64,000 bases of DNA, from the IMG/VR virus record IMGVR_UViG_3300021960_009431. One strand, written 5' to 3'. Shown piece after piece: positions 55,463 to 64,000 of the stretch. The DNA comes from a virus. Within the stretch, counting starts at the first letter, position 1. Every line of letters starts with the position of its first letter. Both the position numbers and the translations under genes were made by a program. Below the pieces are notes generated by a model that saw only the letters and a program-made list of their open reading frames with translations, was not told where the DNA came from and did not search any database.

Positions 55463-58400
55463 ATGGCACGAGCTAACACTGCCTCTCTAGATACGAATTT
55501 TAATGTAGATCCGTATTACGACGACTTTGATGAAACAAAAAACTTTCACAGAGTTTTATATCGTCCCGGGTTTGCTGTTCAAGCTAGAGAGCTTACACAA
55601 ATGCAAACTATTTTGCAAAATCAAATCGATAGATTTGGTGAGCATATATTTAGAGAAGGAAGTGTAGTATCCGGTTTAGAAGTTAATTATGATGATGAAT
55701 ATAACTTTGTTAAAGTAAGAGACGGTGATAATACAGGTAACACTTTAGTATTATCTGATGGTGTTGGAAAATATATTACTGGTGCTACTTCTAATGTTAC
55801 AGCTATTGTTATTGATACTATTGATGGTTCAGAAGCAGATAGTCCTAATACAAAAACTCTTTATGTAAAATATATTGATACTGGTACTCAAGGTACATCA
55901 GGTAATACTACTTTTTCTTCTGGTGAAAGATTAATTGCTAATAGTGGTAGTTTTACCGCTAATGTTATTAGTTCAGGTGTAACTACTGGTTCAGGTAGTC
56001 ATATTAAAATTGAAGAAGGTATTATCTTTGCAAAAGATCATTTCATAAAAATACCATCAGCTAATCTTTTATTAGGTAGATACTCTTCTAATGTAAGCTA
56101 TAAAATAGGATTTAATATAGCAGAAGAAATAGTAACTTCAGCAGGAGATACTTCTCTTTTAGATCCATCTCAAGGTTCATTTAACTATACAGCACCTGGT
56201 GCAAATAGATTAAAATTAAATCCATCAGTAGCAAAATATGAATTAACTGCTAATACTGGCGATGATTTTGTAGAAATTTACAGAGTACAAGAAGCGCACA
56301 CTGCTCTTAATAATGAAAAACCAAGATATTCAGAAATAAGAGATTATTTTGCACAAAGAACTCATGACATTAACGGTGATTTTATTGTAAAAGGTCTTGG
56401 TGTACGTTTAAGAGAGCATTTAGAGCAAGCTAATAATCAAGGTGTTTATTCTGTTGCAAATGGCGGAGATAGTACAAAATTAGTTGTAGATATTGATCCA
56501 GGTAAAGCTTACGTTGGTGGTTATGATATCGAAAACTTAATTACAGCTCATGTAAATACAACTAAATCAACTGATTTTAATTCTATTGAAGCTTCAACTG
56601 TATCTGCTAACTATGGTAATTATGTGGTAGTAAAAGAAGTTTCCGGTGCATGGGATGTTAACACTCATGACATAGTTAACTTACATAAAGGTTTTGCACG
56701 GTCAGTTTCTAACACACTTTACTCTACATCTGCACCAGCTGGTGATTTATTAGGTACTGCTCGAGTAAGAGCTTTAGAATATGTTTCTGGTACTAAAGGC
56801 GATTCTGAAGCAAAATATAATATGTATTTGTATGACGTCAAAACTACAGCTAATACATTTAGTGAAGTAAGATCAATAAGAATAGATAATTCAGCAGGAA
56901 GTCAAGCTAATGGTATTGCTGATGTTATAGTAAGCTCTGCTAATACTGCTTCGTTTAACGAAAACACTTTTAATAGAGCAGTTTTTAGATTGCCTGCAAA
57001 AGCAGTTAAAAGACTAAGAGATACTACAGGTAATATTGATACTAATTTTCAATTCTTAAAAAGCTTTGATGTTACTATTGCGGCGGATGGTACATTCAGT
57101 GTTGCTACTGGAGCAGCAGATGAGACATATCCATTTTCAGCAGGTGCATTAAATGCAACACAGAAAAACGCAGGTTTTTATGTAGTACTTAATGCTAATA
57201 CAGCTAGTACAAGCACTGTAGATACGGGTTCTATGGCTAATATGGCCAATACTGTAACCGGTCTTACCTCAGCGGCAACTAAATTTAATGTTGGTGATAG
57301 AATTCAACTAGCTGATTATGCTAATAATTTTACTGTATCATCTGTTTCTTCTACATCGTTAACTACTTTAGAACCTGCTCTTGCAGCAATTTCTTCTAAA
57401 GGTGTTGTCAAAAAGTTTAATAAAGGTCAAGTTATTGACATGTCGGGTGTTGGAGGAGATAATGGTTCAAGAACAGTGACGATTGCTTCAGCAACTTCTG
57501 CTACTTTTGATATACAAGAAACTTTGACAGGTACTGCTACTGCTACTGTTATAACGGAATTGACTAAAGTAGATGGTAGAGAGATCGCTAAAAACTTTAA
57601 CTCTAACCGTTTTGTAGAAGTTACAGTTAATGCGTCTGATGGAACAACCAATACAACCGGTCCTTGGAATCTCGGTCTTTCTGATATTCACGAAATAACT
57701 GAAGTAAGAAAACAAACAGGTAATACAGCATTTACTGCAGTAACTCAAGGTACAGATGTGACTGCTAACTTTTTACTCGATAACGGGCAAAAAGATAATA
57801 TGTATGATCATGGTAAATTAAAATTAAAACCAGGTTCGTCAGCATCAGCTGGTGATGTTTATCTAGTAAAATTAAATTACTTTACTCATGATACATCGCA
57901 AGGTGTTGGATACTTTTCTGTAGATTCTTATCCTATTGACGATGTATTAGTTTCTAATACAACTGCAATTACTACACAAGAAATACCTTTATTTGTATCA
58001 CCAGCAAGCGGCAATCTTCTTGATCTAAGAGACTGTATTGATATTAGACCAAGAATTACAGATACAGCTGCAGATGCAACATCTGTAGGTGCAGCAACTA
58101 CAAACCCTGCTACAAGTACTACTATTGTCTCACCTTCAGGTGGTTTGAGATTTATGGCTCCTAATGAAAATCTAACTGCAGATTTAGATTATTATCTAGG
58201 AAGAAATGATAAAATTTCACTATCACCGTCAGGAGATATTAGAGTTACTAAAGGTAAATCATCAATTAACCCAGTAACACCAGAAGAGCCAAGCGGACAT
58301 CTACCTCTTGCAACTGTATATGTGCAACCATTTCCATCTCTTGCACCTGATACAGCTAAAAACTTTAATAGATATGATCTTTCTGCATATATTGAACCGA

Positions 58401-61400
58401 TTAAATCTAGACGATTTACAATGCAAGATATTGGTAACATAAAAACTCGTTTAGATAAAGTAGAATATTATACTAGATTATCTTTAGCAGAGCAAGAAGC
58501 TAAAAATTTAAATTTTGCTGACGGTAATGGTATAGATAGATTTAAAAATGGAATGATAGTTGATACCTTCACTGGTCATAATATTGGTGATGTTGGTAAT
58601 CCAGATTATGCTGCTGCTATTGATAAATTAAAAGGTGAATTGAGACCTCAGTTTAAATTAAATAGTATACAACTTGATTCTCAAACAGCTAATAGTTCTA
58701 ATTTAGTATTAGGACCAAGTGATGCTACTTTAACAGTTAGTGGTACAGCTACTTTTACAGTTGGTGAAACTATTACCGCCGGCGCTGCATCAGGTAAGCT
58801 AGTCTATCAGGTAGGTCGTAAACTTTACTTAGAACAAGTATCTGGTACATTTTCTACATCTACAACAGCATCTGGTGGTTCAAGTTCTTCGAGTGGAGCA
58901 ATATCAGCAGTTTCAACCTCAGGTAATGGTTTACTAGCTACACTACCTTATACTCATTTATCAGTTATTGATCAACCTTCTGCTACAACAACACGAAATG
59001 CCGCTGGTTTATTCTGGTCATTTATTGGTAATATTTCACTTTCTCCAGATACTGATATGTGGGTTGATACTACAACAGCTCCAGATATTCAGCTTAATTT
59101 TGAGTCTAATTTAGATAACTGGCCTGGATTAGAAAACTCCTGGCAAACAGAATGGAATAACTGGCAAACTACAGGTACAGGTGTAAGTTCAAGTTCTTTT
59201 AATTCTACAAGAGAGACAAGAGTACGTAGTGCAACTGGGTTGCCAGCTGGAGGAAATAGAGTAGCTGATGTAGATACTATTTTTCGAGAAACTACAACCA
59301 ACCAAGTGCGTAGTGTAACTACAAGTCAATCTCGTACAGGTATATCAACTGGTATTGAAATTCAATCTCAAACAGAACGCACTGGTCCTAGAGTAATTGA
59401 TACTAATTTAATTCCGTTTATGAGATCTAGAATTGTTCAAGTAACAGGTAGAGGTTTTAAACCTAATACTAAATTATATTCTTTCTTTGATGGTACCGAT
59501 GTTTCAGCATTTGTTACACCAACAACATCTGCATTTGCAAATACTGCAGTTGAAGGAGGAAGCTTATTCTCTAATAGTGAAGGTGATGTTTATGCAGAGT
59601 TTAGAATACCTGCAAGTGGCAATTTAAGATTTAAAGTTGGTGATAGATTATTTCGTTTAACTGATAATGTTACAAATGCTTCTGGTGCCGGTTTAACTAC
59701 AACATCTGGTGAAGCTTTATATTCAGCTAGAGGTTTAAGTCAGACTGTACAAGATACAGTTATATCAACTAGATTGCCTCAGCTAGCAACTAGAACTGTT
59801 TCTGAATCAAGAAGCTTTACTTCAAGCGCTGTAGTTTCAAGTCAATTAACTGCTAGAGAACCTGTAAGAAACGAAGTTACTTGGAGACAAGTTCCTCGAC
59901 CTCGACCACGTGACCCAATTGCGCAAACATTTATTATAGATAATAGTGCAAGAGGTGTTTCATCAAGTGGAGCATTTCTATCTAAAATAGATCTATTCTT
60001 TGGTTCAAAAGATAGTTCCCGTCCAGTTTTTATTGAAATAAGAGAAGTAGATCCTACATCATCATTTATTACTAATAAAATTGTTCCATTTTCTGAAGTT
60101 ATAATAGAAGCAGCTGATATTAATACAAGCTCAGACGGCTCATCACCAACACCAGTTAATTTTAAAACACCTATTCACTTGAAAGATCAAACTGAATATG
60201 CTGTAGTAATTAAACCAGGTGCAGATAATCCTGATACTACTCTTTTTGTATCACGTTTAGGTGGTAATGATTTAATTACAGGGGAAAGAATAGTTAAACA
60301 GCCATATGTTGGTACAATGTATGCTTCTTCTAATAACAAAGCTTGGAATGCTATTCAAGAAGAAGATCTTAAATTTAAACTATATATTGCTCAATTTACT
60401 ACAGGCACAACTGCAGCTACTGTATTTAAAAACAAAGATATTGATTTTATGAAGATCAATAATGGTGCTAATACATTTAATACGATTGGAGAGAGTATTC
60501 ATGGCGAGACAACTCTTACATTAAGTAATGGTATAACAGTAAATTCAAATATGGTTCTTGTTGGTAATACATCTGGAGCAAATTGTGTGGTTACTTCTAA
60601 TAACTCAGGAACAACTTCAATAAGAGTGAAAGATGTATCATTAACTAAATTTACTACAGGTGAGCATATTAATGTAAAAATTAATAATGTAAAACAAGCA
60701 GATTTTGGTACTATTAGCGGACAGTCAACCGCTACAGGTAAGATAGCTTACTATGATAGAGTAAACGAATCTGGTAATACTATTATTCATGTTGATAATG
60801 TTTCTGGAACATTTACTAATGGACATCAAATAAAAGGTCAAACAAATAGTAAAACTGCTACTATTGAAAGTATAGATGTTCTTGAAGTAGATACTTTACA
60901 TCTTAATTCAAGTTATGTATCATTTGATAATACGACAGTATCACCTTTTATAAAATTAAATACTTCAAAAACAGCTAGAGATAGTGCTTTTAGAAGAATT
61001 GAAGATAATGAAAATGAGGAATTTACTACACCTAGATTTGTACTTTCTAAATCAATAGAAAATGCAAATATTAGTGGAGAAAAATCTGCAGAATTTAAAT
61101 ATGAATTTAGTACTACTGATCCTAATTTATCTCCAATGTTTGATATTGAAAGAGTTCAAGCTATTGTAGTAAATAATAAAATTAACAACGATTCTACAGG
61201 TGAAACCTCAGCCTCAGGTGGTAATGCTGAAGCTAGATATATGACAAGAATACTAGAATTAGCAGATGGCCAAGATGCTGAAGATATTAAAGTAAAACTT
61301 AATGCATATAAACCTTCAGGTACTGATGTAAAAGTTTATTATAAAATACTTCATAAGGATGACAGTGACTTTTTTGATGATCGAAGCTGGGTAGCTATGG

Positions 61401-61642
61401 GTCAAGATACTACTTCAACGGTTATATCAAGTAGTGAAAATAACGAAGACTTTAAAGTATATGATTTTAGTATACCTTCAGCTGAATTATCTGGTCCTTT
61501 AAGTCAAGTTCAATATACTAATAGTGACGGTATTATATATACTGGTTTTAAGTATATGTCAATTAAAATAGTTTTAACTTCTTCTAATCAAGGTTTAGTA
61601 CCTAGAGTTAAAGATTTAATGGCAATAGCACTACAAATTTAA
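55463..61642 (+). CDS. Large virion structural protein (DUF4815/VrlC-like)
   Basis: PYYDDF..KNFHRVL.RPG.AVQARELTQ.Q, APGA.R, RFKNG..VD.F, DPIAQTF, EDLKF.LY.A. Confidence 0.9.
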   Translation: MARANTASLDTNFNVDPYYDDFDETKNFHRVLYRPGFAVQARELTQMQTILQNQIDRFGEHIFREGSVVSGLEVNYDDEYNFVKVRDGDNTGNTLVLSDGVGKYITGATSNVTAIVIDTIDGSEADSPNTKTLYVKYIDTGTQGTSGNTTFSSGERLIANSGSFTANVISSGVTTGSGSHIKIEEGIIFAKDHFIKIPSANLLLGRYSSNVSYKIGFNIAEEIVTSAGDTSLLDPSQGSFNYTAPGANRLKLNPSVAKYELTANTGDDFVEIYRVQEAHTALNNEKPRYSEIRDYFAQRTHDINGDFIVKGLGVRLREHLEQANNQGVYSVANGGDSTKLVVDIDPGKAYVGGYDIENLITAHVNTTKSTDFNSIEASTVSANYGNYVVVKEVSGAWDVNTHDIVNLHKGFARSVSNTLYSTSAPAGDLLGTARVRALEYVSGTKGDSEAKYNMYLYDVKTTANTFSEVRSIRIDNSAGSQANGIADVIVSSANTASFNENTFNRAVFRLPAKAVKRLRDTTGNIDTNFQFLKSFDVTIAADGTFSVATGAADETYPFSAGALNATQKNAGFYVVLNANTASTSTVDTGSMANMANTVTGLTSAATKFNVGDRIQLADYANNFTVSSVSSTSLTTLEPALAAISSKGVVKKFNKGQVIDMSGVGGDNGSRTVTIASATSATFDIQETLTGTATATVITELTKVDGREIAKNFNSNRFVEVTVNASDGTTNTTGPWNLGLSDIHEITEVRKQTGNTAFTAVTQGTDVTANFLLDNGQKDNMYDHGKLKLKPGSSASAGDVYLVKLNYFTHDTSQGVGYFSVDSYPIDDVLVSNTTAITTQEIPLFVSPASGNLLDLRDCIDIRPRITDTAADATSVGAATTNPATSTTIVSPSGGLRFMAPNENLTADLDYYLGRNDKISLSPSGDIRVTKGKSSINPVTPEEPSGHLPLATVYVQPFPSLAPDTAKNFNRYDLSAYIEPIKSRRFTMQDIGNIKTRLDKVEYYTRLSLAEQEAKNLNFADGNGIDRFKNGMIVDTFTGHNIGDVGNPDYAAAIDKLKGELRPQFKLNSIQLDSQTANSSNLVLGPSDATLTVSGTATFTVGETITAGAASGKLVYQVGRKLYLEQVSGTFSTSTTASGGSSSSSGAISAVSTSGNGLLATLPYTHLSVIDQPSATTTRNAAGLFWSFIGNISLSPDTDMWVDTTTAPDIQLNFESNLDNWPGLENSWQTEWNNWQTTGTGVSSSSFNSTRETRVRSATGLPAGGNRVADVDTIFRETTTNQVRSVTTSQSRTGISTGIEIQSQTERTGPRVIDTNLIPFMRSRIVQVTGRGFKPNTKLYSFFDGTDVSAFVTPTTSAFANTAVEGGSLFSNSEGDVYAEFRIPASGNLRFKVGDRLFRLTDNVTNASGAGLTTTSGEALYSARGLSQTVQDTVISTRLPQLATRTVSESRSFTSSAVVSSQLTAREPVRNEVTWRQVPRPRPRDPIAQTFIIDNSARGVSSSGAFLSKIDLFFGSKDSSRPVFIEIREVDPTSSFITNKIVPFSEVIIEAADINTSSDGSSPTPVNFKTPIHLKDQTEYAVVIKPGADNPDTTLFVSRLGGNDLITGERIVKQPYVGTMYASSNNKAWNAIQEEDLKFKLYIAQFTTGTTAATVFKNKDIDFMKINNGANTFNTIGESIHGETTLTLSNGITVNSNMVLVGNTSGANCVVTSNNSGTTSIRVKDVSLTKFTTGEHINVKINNVKQADFGTISGQSTATGKIAYYDRVNESGNTIIHVDNVSGTFTNGHQIKGQTNSKTATIESIDVLEVDTLHLNSSYVSFDNTTVSPFIKLNTSKTARDSAFRRIEDNENEEFTTPRFVLSKSIENANISGEKSAEFKYEFSTTDPNLSPMFDIERVQAIVVNNKINNDSTGETSASGGNAEARYMTRILELADGQDAEDIKVKLNAYKPSGTDVKVYYKILHKDDSDFFDDRSWVAMGQDTTSTVISSSENNEDFKVYDFSIPSAELSGPLSQVQYTNSDGIIYTGFKYMSIKIVLTSSNQGLVPRVKDLMAIALQI

Positions 61643-61643
61643 T

Positions 61644-61865
61644 ATGAAATACACAAAAGTAGAAAATGAACCTAATTTTATTAGAGATAATAGTAGTAGA
61701 GGTATATTAAATACTGACAACAGTGGTTTAATTGCGTATAAAATGCAAAAAAAAACGAGGTTAAATCAAGACAGTAAAATAAATAAATTAACAGAAGATG
61801 TAGATGAGTTAAAAAGTAATATTTCAGAAATCAAAAATCTTTTAGTTTCTCTTTTAGATAAATAA
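61644..61865 (+). CDS. Conserved small protein following the DUF4815 gene
   Basis: KVE....RD..S..I.N; C-terminal coiled coil. Confidence 0.7.
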   Translation: MKYTKVENEPNFIRDNSSRGILNTDNSGLIAYKMQKKTRLNQDSKINKLTEDVDELKSNISEIKNLLVSLLDK

Positions 61866-61907
61866 ATAGGAATATAGCTCTTTAATTAAAAAGATAGGAA
61901 TAGACAT

Positions 61908-63230
61908 ATGCCATTATACAATTCAGGAACACTTATTGCCGACGTGCAATTAACAGACACGTTTAACACCTGGCGTACACGGTTTAACAACGCATTGGCT
62001 GATGCATCAGGTATTACAGCGAATAACACTTTTACTGGTCAATTAAATACATTTACAAAAAATGTAGATATAGACGGGCCATTGAATGCTCCTATTCTCA
62101 CATCTAATAACGCTGTTATTCAGAGCCTTAATGCTTCGTTTTTTGATCTCGATGGAGATATGACAGCTGATGTTATTACAGCAAACAGCGTAGCAGGCAC
62201 TCTCACAACAGCAGCTCAAGGAAATATTACTTCTCTTGGCACACTAACTACACTTACAGTAGACAACGTAATAGTAAATGGTACTACAATAGGTCATACT
62301 AGTGATACTGATCTAATGACTTTAGCTTCTGGTGTAGTAACAGTTGCAGGAGAATTATCTGCTACTACTTTAGATATTGGTGGTACAAATATTTCAGCTA
62401 CAGCAGCTGAAATTAACCAGATTGCAGGTATTACGGATGGTACAGCAGCTGCTAACAAAGCAATGATACCTGATGCTAATATTGATATTACAGCAATTAG
62501 AAATCTTACGACAACAGGTAATATTGTTGTAGGTGGTAACTTTACTGTTAATGGTACAACTTCAACAGTATCTTCAACCAATACAGTAGTTAGCGATAAC
62601 TTAATTGAATTAAATAACGGTGCATCGTCTAACGCAAATGATTCAGGTATTGTTATTGAACGTGGTTCAACTGGTGATAACGCATTTATTGGTTGGGATG
62701 AATCAGCTGATAGATTTATTGTAGGTACAACGACTGCTACTGGAGCTGATACTGGTAACCTTTCGATTACTAAAGGAACACTTAATGCAGATCTTGCTGG
62801 TGATGTAACTGGTACTATTCAAACTGCAGCTCAAGCTAACATTACATCTGTTGGTACATTAACAAGTTTGACTTTAGGTGGTACTTTGAACATGGGAGGC
62901 AATTCTCTTCAAAACGCCACATATACAGATTTACACCCTACTACTCATGTCCTTTCTAACAGTGATTTAGCAATTGACTTTTCTATTCCGCTTAACAAAA
63001 TGGTAATGGATTCTGCTAGAACATTTACAGAAGAAAATAAAGCAGCGGGTAGAATGATTACTATGTTGTTGGATACGTCAACATCAGATCATGACCCAAC
63101 GTTTTCATCTAATATAAAATGGCATGGTGCAGAAACACCGACATGGGATGACTATCGGTATTGGATTATCAGTATGGTTTGTCTAGATTCAACTACTGTA
63201 TTTGCTTCTGCAACAGGTCATGATACTTAA
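61908..63230 (+). CDS. Tail fibre / structural protein
   Basis: TDTFNTWR..N N-terminus, AAQ.NITS.GTLT repeats, V.GN.TVNGT..DN.IELN..GI.IERG. Confidence 0.8.
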   Translation: MPLYNSGTLIADVQLTDTFNTWRTRFNNALADASGITANNTFTGQLNTFTKNVDIDGPLNAPILTSNNAVIQSLNASFFDLDGDMTADVITANSVAGTLTTAAQGNITSLGTLTTLTVDNVIVNGTTIGHTSDTDLMTLASGVVTVAGELSATTLDIGGTNISATAAEINQIAGITDGTAAANKAMIPDANIDITAIRNLTTTGNIVVGGNFTVNGTTSTVSSTNTVVSDNLIELNNGASSNANDSGIVIERGSTGDNAFIGWDESADRFIVGTTTATGADTGNLSITKGTLNADLAGDVTGTIQTAAQANITSVGTLTSLTLGGTLNMGGNSLQNATYTDLHPTTHVLSNSDLAIDFSIPLNKMVMDSARTFTEENKAAGRMITMLLDTSTSDHDPTFSSNIKWHGAETPTWDDYRYWIISMVCLDSTTVFASATGHDT

Positions 63231-63245
63231 TAAGGAGAATTAACT

Positions 63246-64000
63246 ATGAGTTTACCGCACTCTTTTTTAGCTGGAAGAACTGGTCTAGGTGGTGTTGATG
63301 TAGTAACAACATCAAATTTTAGCACATATTGGTCCAAAACTCAAGGCGACACTGGCGCCAGTCATGGGCTTACCACATCTAATGGTATAGTTAATCAAAT
63401 CCAGCAGAACGGAGAATACAATGGTGTAGGTGGAACTTGGGATATGGATTCTTCGGTTGCCACGGGCGATAATTTCCGCGTATGGGTTCAAGGTGGAGGT
63501 GGTTCTACTGTTAGTGTTTGGGGTGGCGGCCCAGGTGGCGGCGGTGGCTATATGGATTTTACATATAATGGTGGACAAGCTACATGGAAAGCAGGTGGGG
63601 CTGAAGGTGGCTGGCCAAGTTACAGCGTACCGCAAATAACCGATTCTCAATTCAGTTTAGGTGGTAATTCCTTAACAGCTACCCGGGGTCGAGGCCAAAC
63701 AGGTGGCGCCGGTTCGGCAACAACATCTGGAACAGTTTCTGGTAGCCACGGTGGCGGCGCAACGGTTGGCAGCCAAAGCACTTGGGGTGGCGGAGGAGGG
63801 GGTGGTACCTCTCAGACTGGTGGTCAAGCATTTAATTGGGGCGGCGGTGGCGGCGGTGGCAACTATGGCGCCGGTGGCGGTCAATCTGGTTATGGAGCTG
63901 GCGGTACCGGCGGAGGTGCACCGCGCGGAGGCGGTTCTGGCGGCTATGGAGGTGGTGGCGCTGGTATGGATCTCGGTGGCGGTGGTCCTGGCCGTCTCAT
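63246..64000 (+). CDS. Glycine-rich tail-fibre-associated protein, 3' truncated (not in ORF track)
   Basis: RBS AAGGAG; MSLPHSFLAGR..VWVQGGGG..GGGGG; frame open to the window end. Confidence 0.8.
   Translation, partial: MSLPHSFLAGRTGLGGVDVVTTSNFSTYWSKTQGDTGASHGLTTSNGIVNQIQQNGEYNGVGGTWDMDSSVATGDNFRVWVQGGGGSTVSVWGGGPGGGGGYMDFTYNGGQATWKAGGAEGGWPSYSVPQITDSQFSLGGNSLTATRGRGQTGGAGSATTSGTVSGSHGGGATVGSQSTWGGGGGGGTSQTGGQAFNWGGGGGGGNYGAGGGQSGYGAGGTGGGAPRGGGSGGYGGGGAGMDLGGGGPGRL

Noticed and set aside
3005-62581. Many short opposite-strand or out-of-frame ORFs (e.g. 3005, 4031, 8465, 10522, 20891, 24402, 29426, 38986, 40699, 43429, 57427, 62294)
   Set aside because: They lie within well-supported genes and lack an RBS and recognisable motifs.
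63312-63884. Track ORFs 63312..63650(-), 63430..63639(+), 63672..63884(-) and GGY tandem repeats
   Set aside because: Shadows of the real Gly-rich ORF starting at 63246; the repeats are glycine codons.
1-64000. Alternative genetic code, introns or inteins
   Set aside because: Core genes are uninterrupted under code 11, use all three stop codons and show no intein or intron insertions.

Overview
A 64-kb segment of an AT-rich T4-like (Tevenvirinae/Kyanoviridae-like) myophage, almost certainly infecting an alphaproteobacterium (probably marine). Host evidence: a permuted two-piece tmRNA with the GGCGGUA T-loop and an ANDNF...ALAA tag, plus a cytochrome c2. Positions 1-35.6 kb form a + strand early/accessory region driven by 11 near-identical sigma70-type promoters (AGTTGC-N17-TAnnnT). 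It carries rnh, phoH, a Cas4-like exonuclease, seven 2OG-Fe(II) oxygenases, a sulfotransferase, a Trp-halogenase-like enzyme, KdsA, KdsB, PMM and glycosyltransferases. It also carries a PckA/FBP-aldolase/cytochrome c cluster, a half-size Na/Pi cotransporter and the tmRNA. Positions 35.6-37.5 kb hold gp33-gp59-gp32. Positions 37.6-64 kb hold tail and baseplate genes (tape measure-like, gp51, 26, 54, 2, 4, 48, 53, 27-like, 5, 5.4, 25, 6, 7, 9-like, 8, a DUF4815 protein, fibres). Best candidates for something new: (1) a dispersed phage CMP-KDO synthesis/transfer pathway fed by PEP-producing AMGs; (2) a textbook -1 frameshift signal fusing gp26 to gp51 directly upstream of the tape measure gene (lambda G/GT-like); (3) the late-promoter-driven permuted tmRNA; (4) a single-repeat Na/Pi transporter next to a Pho-box-like repeat; (5) structured non-coding elements at 22.4-23.5 kb and 37.46-37.58 kb. 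All family assignments come from motif recognition by eye; no database searches were run.
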